Source: Anaerolineales bacterium
GTDB lineage: Bacteria > Chloroflexota > Anaerolineae > Anaerolineales > Villigracilaceae
Direction of reading: 5' to 3'
Assembly (NCBI GenBank): GCA_013360875.1
Contig: JABWAU010000001.1
Coordinates: 40,835-104,834 of the forward strand
DNA length: 64,000 nt
Positions within the stretch are counted from its first letter, which is position 1. Each line of letters begins with the position of its first letter. Made by a program: the position numbers and the translations under genes. A model generated the notes under the pieces. That model saw only the letters and a program-made list of their open reading frames with translations, was not told the DNA's origin and did no database searches. Of this stretch, positions 33,373 to 40,965 are shown piece after piece.

Positions 33373-33609
33373 ATGCCGCGCACGATCTGGAATCTGCCGC
33401 GCATCGCCCTGCTGTCCCTAATCCGCCTGTACCAGATGACGCTCTCGAAGGGACTGCCTCCGAACACCTGTCGCTTCTATCCATCCTGCTCGCATTACGG
33501 CTACCAGGCGATCTACAAATACGGCGTGTTCAAGGGATCGGCAATGGCGGCGTGGCGCGTCCTGCGCTGCAACCCGTTCAATCCCGGGGGGTACGACCCC
33601 GTTCCATAG
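33373..33609 (+). CDS. yidD: Membrane protein insertion efficiency factor YidD
   Basis: [32 protein letters not shown]. The track start 33319 overlaps rnpA, so ATG 33373 is preferred. Confidence 0.85.
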   Translation: MPRTIWNLPRIALLSLIRLYQMTLSKGLPPNTCRFYPSCSHYGYQAIYKYGVFKGSAMAAWRVLRCNPFNPGGYDPVP

Positions 33610-33623
33610 GAGTACGATTTTCG

Positions 33624-34730
33624 ATGAGAAAGAAAATACCATTGTTGCTACTGGTTCTGCTCGGCGCCCTCCTTTTGAGCGCGTGCGGCGGAGCCGTGCG
33701 CGGCACCACCTGGCCCGGTTTGTCCGCAGACGAGACCACAGCCTACCTTGCCGACCTGCCCTTTGTGTATGGCGTCAACCTGGCAAACGGCAGGGAGGCG
33801 TGGCGCTTTTCCGACCCGAACGACAACAAGGCGCAGTTCTACGCCGCGCCGGTAATCACATCCGACGGCTTTGTGATCGTTGGCAGCGCCGCGAGCAAAC
33901 ATACCCTGTACGCCCTCGACCCGCGCGACCTGCTCGCGGATGGGGATCGCAAAGTCCCCGCCGTGGAATGGACCTTTACCGGCGCGACCGGTCCCTGGGT
34001 GGCGTCTCCGCTTGTCGTCGGCGATAAACTCTTCGCCCCCAACGCGGACGGAAACTTATATATATTCAACCTGAAAGACGGTCAATCGCAGAAACAACCG
34101 GTGAAGGTTGTGGAACTCGGCGGACGCCTCTGGGCTCAACCAGTGACCGATGGGGAACGCGTTTTCGTCACCTCCCTCGATCACAGCCTCCATGCTGTTG
34201 ACGTGGAAACGTATGCGATCGTCTGGGAAAAGGACGTATCCGCCGCCATCCCCGGCTCGCCCGCCATTGGCGCGGACGGCATGTTGTACGTCGGCTCGCT
34301 CGCCTCGCAACTCGAACGCTTCGACCCCGAGACCGGGGAACACAACCCCGTCCTCGACGCGGAAGACTGGATTTGGAGCACGCCCACCCTCGACGACGGC
34401 ACGCTATACTTTGGAGACCTGAAGGGCAATTTTTATTCCTTCAATACAAACGATGCCGGACTGAACTGGAGCGTCCAGCCGGATGGAGCCATCACCGGTA
34501 ACGCCATCCTACAAAACGATCATCTGCTGCTCGCCACCGAATCCGGCAACCTCTACGCCATCGGCAAGGACGGCAAGACGCTCTGGTTCCAGGAAGTGGG
34601 CGGCAAGATTTACACTACGCCCGTCGTCGCCGGCGACCTGGTTCTCGTTGCCCCGCTGGAGACTGATTTCTATCTCGCCGCGCTCGATTCGAACGGCCGC
34701 CAGGTTTGGACGTTCGCCCCGGAGAAATAG
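33624..34730 (+). CDS. PQQ-like beta-propeller repeat lipoprotein (BamB-like fold)
   Basis: MRKKIPLLLLVLLGALLLSACGG lipobox. Repeated LYA/LYV..DG.L.A.D..TG...W blades. Confidence 0.7.
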   Translation: MRKKIPLLLLVLLGALLLSACGGAVRGTTWPGLSADETTAYLADLPFVYGVNLANGREAWRFSDPNDNKAQFYAAPVITSDGFVIVGSAASKHTLYALDPRDLLADGDRKVPAVEWTFTGATGPWVASPLVVGDKLFAPNADGNLYIFNLKDGQSQKQPVKVVELGGRLWAQPVTDGERVFVTSLDHSLHAVDVETYAIVWEKDVSAAIPGSPAIGADGMLYVGSLASQLERFDPETGEHNPVLDAEDWIWSTPTLDDGTLYFGDLKGNFYSFNTNDAGLNWSVQPDGAITGNAILQNDHLLLATESGNLYAIGKDGKTLWFQEVGGKIYTTPVVAGDLVLVAPLETDFYLAALDSNGRQVWTFAPEK

Positions 34731-34737
34731 AGGAACC

Positions 34738-35481
34738 ATGTGGGATCTTTTCGTATCGCTTTTCATCAACGTATTATTGTGGATCTATAACCTGGTCGGC
34801 CAGAACTTTGGCATCGCCATCATCCTGTTCACGGTCTTGATCCGCATCGTGACCTGGCCCCTCAACGCCCAGCAAATGAAGGGCGCCAAAGCCATGCAGG
34901 ATCTTCAGAACGACAAGGAATGGCAGGCGATCCAAAAGAAATACGCCAAGGACCGCGAAAAACTGGCGCAGGAACAAATGCGCGTCTATCGTGAGAAGGG
35001 CATCAACCCCTTTGGCTCGTGCCTGCCGACCCTCATTCAATTCCCCATCATCATCGCGTTATACCAGAGCATCATCCGCGCGCTGGCATCCACGCCGCTC
35101 GACCTGTTGAAACTTTCGAGGAGCATCAACCCCAATTTTCTCGATGTCGCCAACCTCATTCCCCTCAACAGCAAGTTCCTGTGGATGAACCTCGGCCAGC
35201 CCGAACCGTATTACATCCTTGCCATTGTGGTCGCGGTGACGACCTACATCCAATCCAAACTGACCCTGCCGCCTTCCACCAATCCCAACGATCAGAGCGC
35301 CGCCATGGGACAGTCCATGACCATCACCATGCCGCTCATGCTGGGCTGGTTCGCGTTGACCTTTCCCTCGGGCCTGGCGGTCTACTTCATCACGAGCAAC
35401 GTATTGGGCATCGTCCAATATGCCGCGCAGGGGAAAGCCAATTGGAGCAACCTCCTGCCGAAAAGCATGAGAAAAACCTAG
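34738..35481 (+). CDS. yidC: Membrane protein insertase YidC (short, Gram-positive-type)
   Basis: GIAIILFTVLIRIVTWPL, KYAKDREKLAQEQMRVYREKGINPFGSCLPTLIQFPIIIALY. ATG 34738 follows AGAGGAA. Confidence 0.85.
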   Translation: MWDLFVSLFINVLLWIYNLVGQNFGIAIILFTVLIRIVTWPLNAQQMKGAKAMQDLQNDKEWQAIQKKYAKDREKLAQEQMRVYREKGINPFGSCLPTLIQFPIIIALYQSIIRALASTPLDLLKLSRSINPNFLDVANLIPLNSKFLWMNLGQPEPYYILAIVVAVTTYIQSKLTLPPSTNPNDQSAAMGQSMTITMPLMLGWFALTFPSGLAVYFITSNVLGIVQYAAQGKANWSNLLPKSMRKT

Positions 35482-35490
35482 GAGGCGGGC

Positions 35491-36282
35491 ATGAACGCAA
35501 GAACCTCACTGGAGATCATCGCACCGACCGTCGAGGAAGCCATCGCACAGGGACTGGCGCAGCTCGGTCTCACTGCGGACGCCGTCAACGTGGAAGTGCT
35601 GGACGCGGGGAGCAAGGGCTTGTTCGGGCTGGGAAAAGCGCAGGTACGCGTCCGCTTGACGGTGAATCAACCGGGCGGCGCGCAAGCCGTCGAAGCGGGA
35701 CCAGCCGTCCCTGAGCTCGAAGCGGAGCCTCTCGATCAGACTCGGGTCTCTTCGTCTCACGCTCAGGATGAGCCTGCTTCTGTTCCAGAATCCGAATCCA
35801 CGCCTGAGCATGATCTGCTGCTCGACCGCACGGAAGCGGTCGTCTCCAAACTCATTCATTTGATGGGGCTGAAGGCGCAGGTTTCCGCGCAATACGGCGA
35901 AACCGACCGCGACGACCGGCGGTACATCAACGTGGATGTGCGCGGCGACGACCTGAGCGTGTTGATCGGGCGGCGCTCCGAAACGCTCAACGCCTTTCAA
36001 TACATCGCCTCCCTCATCATCGGCAGGGAGACGGAACAGTTCGTGCAACTCGTGGTGGACGTGGAAGGTTACCGCGACCGCCGCGAAAAGCAATTGATCC
36101 AGATGGCGAAGCGCGTGGCGGACCAGGTCGCCAAAAACGGGCGCAAACAGACGCTCGAACCCATGCCCGCCGCCGAGCGCCGCATCATTCACATCGCCCT
36201 GCGCGATCACCCCGCTGTAATCACCGAAAGCACCGGCGAAGAGCCGTATCGCAAGGTGGTCATTTACCCGAAGGAAGGTTGA
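35491..36282 (+). CDS. jag: Jag/KhpB RNA-binding protein (Jag_N, KH, R3H)
   Basis: C-terminal ERRIIHIALRDHPAVITESTGEEPYRKVVI is an R3H motif. Canonical position after yidC. AGGAGG RBS. Confidence 0.85.
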   Translation: MNARTSLEIIAPTVEEAIAQGLAQLGLTADAVNVEVLDAGSKGLFGLGKAQVRVRLTVNQPGGAQAVEAGPAVPELEAEPLDQTRVSSSHAQDEPASVPESESTPEHDLLLDRTEAVVSKLIHLMGLKAQVSAQYGETDRDDRRYINVDVRGDDLSVLIGRRSETLNAFQYIASLIIGRETEQFVQLVVDVEGYRDRREKQLIQMAKRVADQVAKNGRKQTLEPMPAAERRIIHIALRDHPAVITESTGEEPYRKVVIYPKEG

Positions 36283-36289
36283 CCCCATG

Positions 36290-36319
36290 GGGCGGATGAA
36301 CAATCCGCCCTTTTTATTT
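36290..36319 (+). terminator. Rho-independent terminator after jag
   Basis: GGGCGGAT-GAACA-ATCCGCCC followed by TTTTTATTT. Confidence 0.8.
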
Positions 36320-36509
36320 GGGGGTAAAATTATTCTAGGAAGAGCACGCGAACAAAATCGGAAACAAAAACCCGGACGGGGAGGAGGCGCAGGAGGCTTT
36401 GGCTCTCGCAAATAAAGCATTGGGAAAAAAACGAGACATACTTGCAGGTGGAATAAATCAGGATACGCGGCGCCTTTCCTCTTTTGCGGGCTTACAAATC
36501 GTCTCACGG

Positions 36510-36515
36510 TATAAT
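36510..36515 (+). promoter_or_regulatory. TATAAT -10 box; predicts a leaderless pfkB-kinase mRNA
   Basis: CTCACGGTATAAT, identical 13-mer to the one at rpmH (32703-32715). ATG 36522 sits at the expected +1. Confidence 0.45.
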
Positions 36516-36521
36516 TCGCTC

Positions 36522-37373
36522 ATGCCCAACCTCGTCCCGCTCGAACCGGTGGATTATCTCGTGATCGGTCACGTTGCGCGCGACCTGACCCCAAAGGGCG
36601 CGCAATTGGGCGGGACGGTTGCATACTCGGCATTGACCGCCCGCGCGCTCGGTATGCGCGTGGGAATCGTCACCGCGGCAGGAACAAACGCACCGCTCGA
36701 ACCATTGAACGAATTCCCCCTTGTCCTAATCGAATCGGACTCAAGCACGACCTACGAAAATATTTTCACCACCAACGGACGCGTTCAATATCTGCTTGAC
36801 CGGGCAGCGCGCATCGAACTTGACCGCGTTCCCGACTCCTGGCGGACGGCTTCGATCATTCACCTCGCTCCCATCGCGGACGAAGTGGATTCCGTTTTGC
36901 CAGAGGGCTTTTCACCGGCCCTGCTCGGTTTGACCCCCCAGGGCTGGATGCGCCAGTGGGATGCGGAAGGTCTCGTCTTGCCCCGCGCGTGGAAGGACGC
37001 GGCGCGCGCCCTCACACAGGCGGGCGCGGTGGTGTTCAGCCGCGAAGACGTCAACGGCGACGATCTTCTCATCGAACAGCTGGCTCAACAGACCAAAATA
37101 CTGGTGGTCACAGAAGGCGCGGCGGGCGCGGTTCTCTACTGGCACGGAGACCGCCGCCGCTTCCGCGCGCCGTCCGTCCGCGAAGTGGACGCCACCGGCG
37201 CGGGCGATATCTTTGCCGCGGCGTTCTTCATCCGCTATTTGAACACGCGCGATCCGTGGGAGGCAACCCGCTTCGCCACCCTGCTTGCCTCCCATTCCGT
37301 CGAGCGCACCGGGTTGGATGGCATCCCCACCCAACTCGAGATCGAACAAAGCAGGATGGTCGTGATCCCGTAA
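36522..37373 (+). CDS. PfkB-family carbohydrate kinase
   Basis: DATGAGDIFAAAF (DxTGAGD) near the C-terminus; N-terminal DYLVIGHVARD. Confidence 0.75.
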   Translation: MPNLVPLEPVDYLVIGHVARDLTPKGAQLGGTVAYSALTARALGMRVGIVTAAGTNAPLEPLNEFPLVLIESDSSTTYENIFTTNGRVQYLLDRAARIELDRVPDSWRTASIIHLAPIADEVDSVLPEGFSPALLGLTPQGWMRQWDAEGLVLPRAWKDAARALTQAGAVVFSREDVNGDDLLIEQLAQQTKILVVTEGAAGAVLYWHGDRRRFRAPSVREVDATGAGDIFAAAFFIRYLNTRDPWEATRFATLLASHSVERTGLDGIPTQLEIEQSRMVVIP

Positions 37374-37390
37374 AGCGAAATTCATTTCAC

Positions 37391-37411
37391 AAATCGTCAA
37401 TCGTAAATCGT
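37391..37411. repeat. Heptanucleotide array AAATCGT CAATCGT AAATCGT, running into the parA ATG
   Basis: Read directly. Followed by A-ATG at 37413. Same unit family as 15977-16019 and 6701-6728. Confidence 0.7.
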
Positions 37412-37412
37412 A

Positions 37413-38192
37413 ATGACCCGCATCTACACCCTCGTCAACCAGAAAGGCGGAGTGGGCAAGACCACCACCGCCATCAACCTCGCGGCGTACCTCGCGAAGT
37501 TCGGGCAGCGCGTCCTCGTCGTGGACCTCGACCCGCAGGCGAACGCCACCTCCAGCCTCGGCGTGGACAAACATTCCGTGCAGGCAGGCATCTATGAGGC
37601 GCTAATCAACGGCGAGCCTCCCGCCTCCTCCATCCTCTTCAACGAACGGCTGAAACTTTCGCTCCTGCCGTCCTCGCCTTCGCTGGCTGGCGCGGAGATC
37701 GAACTCGTGGATGAGATGGGACGCGAGTTCCGCCTCAAGACCGCGCTCGAATCGGTGAACGGAAAATATGATTACATCCTGATTGACTGCCCGCCCTCCC
37801 TCGGCATACTGACCGTCAACGGCCTGGTCGCCGCGAAGGACGGTGTGCTGGTTCCCGTGCAATGTGAATACCTCGCTCTCGAGGGACTCGGTCAACTTAC
37901 CCAGACCATCCAGCGCGTCCAATCGCTTCTTTTCCCCGACCTGCGCGTGCGCGGCGTCATCCTGACCATGTTCGACCCCCGCACCAATCTCTCCAACGAT
38001 GTGGTGAAGGAGGTCAACAATCACTTTCCCGGTCAAGTCTTCAAGACCATCGTGCCGCGCAGCATTCGTCTTGCGGAGGCGCCTTCGTATGGACTCCCCA
38101 TTTCCGCCTACGCGCCGGCCTCCGTGGGCGCGTCCGCCTACGAATCGCTCGTGAAGGAATTGCTGAAGGGCGACGGAGTGAAAATAAATTAA
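37413..38192 (+). CDS. parA: Chromosome partitioning ATPase ParA/Soj
   Basis: NQKGGVGKTTTAINLA deviant Walker A; DCPPSLG. Confidence 0.9.
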   Translation: MTRIYTLVNQKGGVGKTTTAINLAAYLAKFGQRVLVVDLDPQANATSSLGVDKHSVQAGIYEALINGEPPASSILFNERLKLSLLPSSPSLAGAEIELVDEMGREFRLKTALESVNGKYDYILIDCPPSLGILTVNGLVAAKDGVLVPVQCEYLALEGLGQLTQTIQRVQSLLFPDLRVRGVILTMFDPRTNLSNDVVKEVNNHFPGQVFKTIVPRSIRLAEAPSYGLPISAYAPASVGASAYESLVKELLKGDGVKIN

Positions 38193-38193
38193 C

Positions 38194-38260
38194 CACGAAG
38201 GACACCAAGATCGCAAAGGTTTAAAACCTAAAAAACTTTGTGCCCTTCGTGTCCTTTGTG
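38194..38260 (+). repeat. Stem-loop in the parA-parB spacer (CACGAAGGACAC ... GTGTCCTTTGTG)
   Basis: 12-bp stem with one G:U. Begins 2 nt after the parA stop and ends 6 nt before the parB SD. Confidence 0.5.
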
Positions 38261-38278
38261 TTTGAAGAAGGAGAAATC

Positions 38279-39130
38279 ATGCCCAAACGATCCGGTCTTG
38301 GCAAAGGACTCGACGCCCTCATCCCAGCGGGCGACACAAAACCCGGCGAAGGGGGAGGCGGCATTACACAACTCTCCATTGACCTCATCCAGCGCAACCC
38401 GCGCCAGCCGCGCGAAAAATTCGACCTCGATGAACTCGAGAACCTTGCCGCCTCCATCCGCGAGCATGGGATCATCCAGCCGCTGGTCGTTTCACCCGGC
38501 AAAAACGGGGTGTACGTCCTGATCGCGGGCGAACGCCGTTTGCAAGCCGCGCGCAAGGCGGGGCTGCGAACCGTTCCCGTCGTCATCCGCCACGCCACCG
38601 ACCAGCAACTGCTCGAACTGGCGCTCATTGAAAACGTCCAGCGCGAGGACCTGAATCCAATCGAAGAAGCGGAGGCGTACCAGCACCTTGTCAAAGAGTT
38701 CAAGATGTCGCACGAGAAGATCGCCGAACGCGTGGGGAAGAGCCGCGTGGCGGTGACGAACACCATACGCCTGCTCGATGCCTGCGCCGCGGTCAAACAG
38801 GCGCTGGTGGACGGGCGCATTACCGAAGGTCACGCGCGCGCCATGCTCGCCTTGAACTCCGCAAAGGCGCAGGAAGCCCTGTTGAATCAGGTCGTGAATC
38901 TCGATTTGAGCGTCCGCCAGACGGAGGCATTGGCTGGAAAATATTCGGGGAGAAAAACGCCGTCGGGCAAACGGGCAAACAAAAGCGCGGACGTGACCGA
39001 CGTCGAGCGCCGCCTGAGAGCCAGCCTGGGGACGAAGGTCACACTCAAGCACGGCAGAAAAGGCGGCACGGTTACGATCTATTATTACTCCAATGAAGAA
39101 TTGGATTCGCTGTTGGAAAAATTAACGTAA
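38279..39130 (+). CDS. parB: Chromosome partitioning protein ParB/Spo0J
   Basis: GLGKGLDALIP, GERRLQAARKAGL, LIENVQREDLNPIEEA. GAAGGAG RBS upstream of ATG 38279. Confidence 0.9.
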   Translation: MPKRSGLGKGLDALIPAGDTKPGEGGGGITQLSIDLIQRNPRQPREKFDLDELENLAASIREHGIIQPLVVSPGKNGVYVLIAGERRLQAARKAGLRTVPVVIRHATDQQLLELALIENVQREDLNPIEEAEAYQHLVKEFKMSHEKIAERVGKSRVAVTNTIRLLDACAAVKQALVDGRITEGHARAMLALNSAKAQEALLNQVVNLDLSVRQTEALAGKYSGRKTPSGKRANKSADVTDVERRLRASLGTKVTLKHGRKGGTVTIYYYSNEELDSLLEKLT

Positions 39131-39200
39131 CGCCGGTTCGGAATAAGGATGCAGCGGTGCTTTTTCCGCACGGATAACGCAAAGCAGACGTAAAATCCAT
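39131..39200 (+). repeat. Dispersed ~70-bp element, copy 1, directly after the parB stop
   Basis: CGCCGGTTCGGAATAAGGATGCAGCGGTGCTTTTTCCGCACGGATAACGCAAAGCAGACGTAAAATCC aligns with 59070-59140. Confidence 0.7.
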
Positions 39201-39232
39201 GACGCTTCATAACCTTTGATTGAAAGGTTGTT

Positions 39233-40867
39233 ATGATCCTCCTCCACAACGCGCGTATTTACACCCAAGACCCAAAACGTCCCGCCGCCTCCGCCATCGT
39301 CATTGACCGCGAACGAATCCTCGCGGTCGGCGAAACGGACAATCTGTTCGATCAATTCCCCAGGGCAAAGGGACAGGACATGGGCGGGCGCGTCATATTG
39401 CCCGGACTCACCGACGCGCACATCCATCTCAAGGCGTACGCACTGGGCTTGCAAAAAGTCGAATGTGAAACCGATACGAAAGAGGAATGTCTGCGGCGCG
39501 TGGCGGAACGCGTCAAGACCACCAAACCTGGTGAATGGATTTTGGGTCATGGGTGGAATCAAAATATGTGGATGCCCTCCCCTACGTCCCCCCCATCTTC
39601 TGCGAAAATGGAGGGAGGTGAAGGGGGGTGGCCCCGCGCCTCCGACCTCGACGCCGTCGCGCCGAACAACCCGGTCTATCTCACAGCCAAATCCCTGCAC
39701 GCCGGTTGGGTCAACACCGCCGCGATGAAACTGGCGAACATCACCGCGCAAACGCCCGATCCGCCAAACGGACAGATCCAGCGCGACGCCGATGGGAATG
39801 CCACCGGCATTCTGCTCGAAACCGCCATGGAACTGGCGGACAGGGTCATTCCCGAACCCACCCTCGTCGGGATCGCGGACGCCATCGAAAAAGCCCAACC
39901 CATCCTGTGGAAGATGGGCTTGACCGGCGTCCACGACTTCGACCGCCGCGATTCCTTCATGGCATTGCAAATCCTCCACGCACAGGGCAGGCTCAAACTG
40001 CGCGTGTTAAAGAATATCCCCGTCGAACTGCTCGATCATGCCCACGCGCTCGGTCTGCGCGGCGGCTTCGGCAACGACATGCTCCGCATCGGAAACGTCA
40101 AGGTCTTCATGGATGGGGCGCTCGGTCCGCACACCGCCGCCATGTTCCAGCCCTACATCGGCGAGGAAAACAATCGCGGCATCCTCAACATGGACGGCGA
40201 GGAACTCTTCGAACACGGGCGCAAAGCCGCAGGCGTCGGCTTGGGCATGACTGTCCACGCCATCGGCGACCGTGCCAATCACGAAGTCCTCGACGCCTAC
40301 GAACAACTCCGCAAGTACGAACGCGAAAACCATCTTCCTCACATGCGTCATCGCATCGAACACGTGCAGGTCGTCCATCCCGACGACGCGGCACGCCTCG
40401 CGCAACTCGATGTCGTCGCCTCCATGCAGCCCATCCACGCCATCTCCGATATGTACATGGCGGATCAATTCTGGGGTCCCGAACGTTCGCGCCTTGCCTA
40501 CGCGTGGAAGGCTCAATTGGATTTCGGCGCGCGGCTCGCGTTCGGATCGGACGCGCCGGTCGAATCCCCAAATCCGTTCTGGGGATTGCGCGCCGCGGTC
40601 ACAAGGCGGCGCGCCGACGGTTCCCCCTCACCCGAAGGCTGGTACCCCGAACAAAAACTGACCCTCGCCCAAGCCTGGGAGGCGTACACGCTCGGTCCCG
40701 CCTACGCCGCCTACATGGACGACCGACTCGGCAGGCTCGCCCCCGGTCACTTCGCCGACCTGATCGCGCTTGAAAAGGACCCCTTTGATTGTCATGTTGA
40801 TGAATTGTTCGCCCTGCAATCCTCGGCTACAATGGTGAATGGAGAATGGGTTTGGGAAGGACCCTGA
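39233..40867 (+). CDS. Amidohydrolase-family metal-dependent hydrolase (Amidohydro_3-like)
   Basis: LPGLTDAHIHL (HxH), VHAIGDRANHEVLDAYE, HRIEHVQVVHPDD, GSDAPVE. Confidence 0.75.
   Translation: MILLHNARIYTQDPKRPAASAIVIDRERILAVGETDNLFDQFPRAKGQDMGGRVILPGLTDAHIHLKAYALGLQKVECETDTKEECLRRVAERVKTTKPGEWILGHGWNQNMWMPSPTSPPSSAKMEGGEGGWPRASDLDAVAPNNPVYLTAKSLHAGWVNTAAMKLANITAQTPDPPNGQIQRDADGNATGILLETAMELADRVIPEPTLVGIADAIEKAQPILWKMGLTGVHDFDRRDSFMALQILHAQGRLKLRVLKNIPVELLDHAHALGLRGGFGNDMLRIGNVKVFMDGALGPHTAAMFQPYIGEENNRGILNMDGEELFEHGRKAAGVGLGMTVHAIGDRANHEVLDAYEQLRKYERENHLPHMRHRIEHVQVVHPDDAARLAQLDVVASMQPIHAISDMYMADQFWGPERSRLAYAWKAQLDFGARLAFGSDAPVESPNPFWGLRAAVTRRRADGSPSPEGWYPEQKLTLAQAWEAYTLGPAYAAYMDDRLGRLAPGHFADLIALEKDPFDCHVDELFALQSSATMVNGEWVWEGP
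39575..39632. repeat. C-rich/G-rich imperfect palindrome inserted in frame in the amidohydrolase gene
   Basis: CCCTCCCCTACGTCCCCCCCATC...ATGGAGGGAGGTGAAGGGGGGTGG. Encodes PSPTSPPSSAKMEGGEGGW between the conserved GHGWNQN.W and P..SDLD blocks. Confidence 0.55.
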
Positions 40868-40965
40868 AGGTTTTTCCCGCAAAGCCGCCCGTTCCTGTCA
40901 TCCCAGATTCCCGGTTGGAAGAATGATCCATGCCGCCAGGAAACCTTTAGGCTTCAGGCATTCTC

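Noticed and set aside
32686-39130. Chromosomal origin (oriC) next to rpmH-rnpA-yidC-jag-parAB
   Set aside because: dnaA and dnaN are absent from the window. I found no cluster of TTATCCACA-like DnaA boxes and no AT-rich unwinding element in the spacers. Gene order alone is insufficient, and GC skew cannot be computed here.
37374-39232. parS site (TGTTNCACGTGAAACA-like) near parAB
   Set aside because: I scanned CACGTG-containing sites by eye across the window and none has the flanking GTTTC/GAAAC arms. The nearest look-alike (TGTTGACGTGGAAACG near 34195) is not palindromic.
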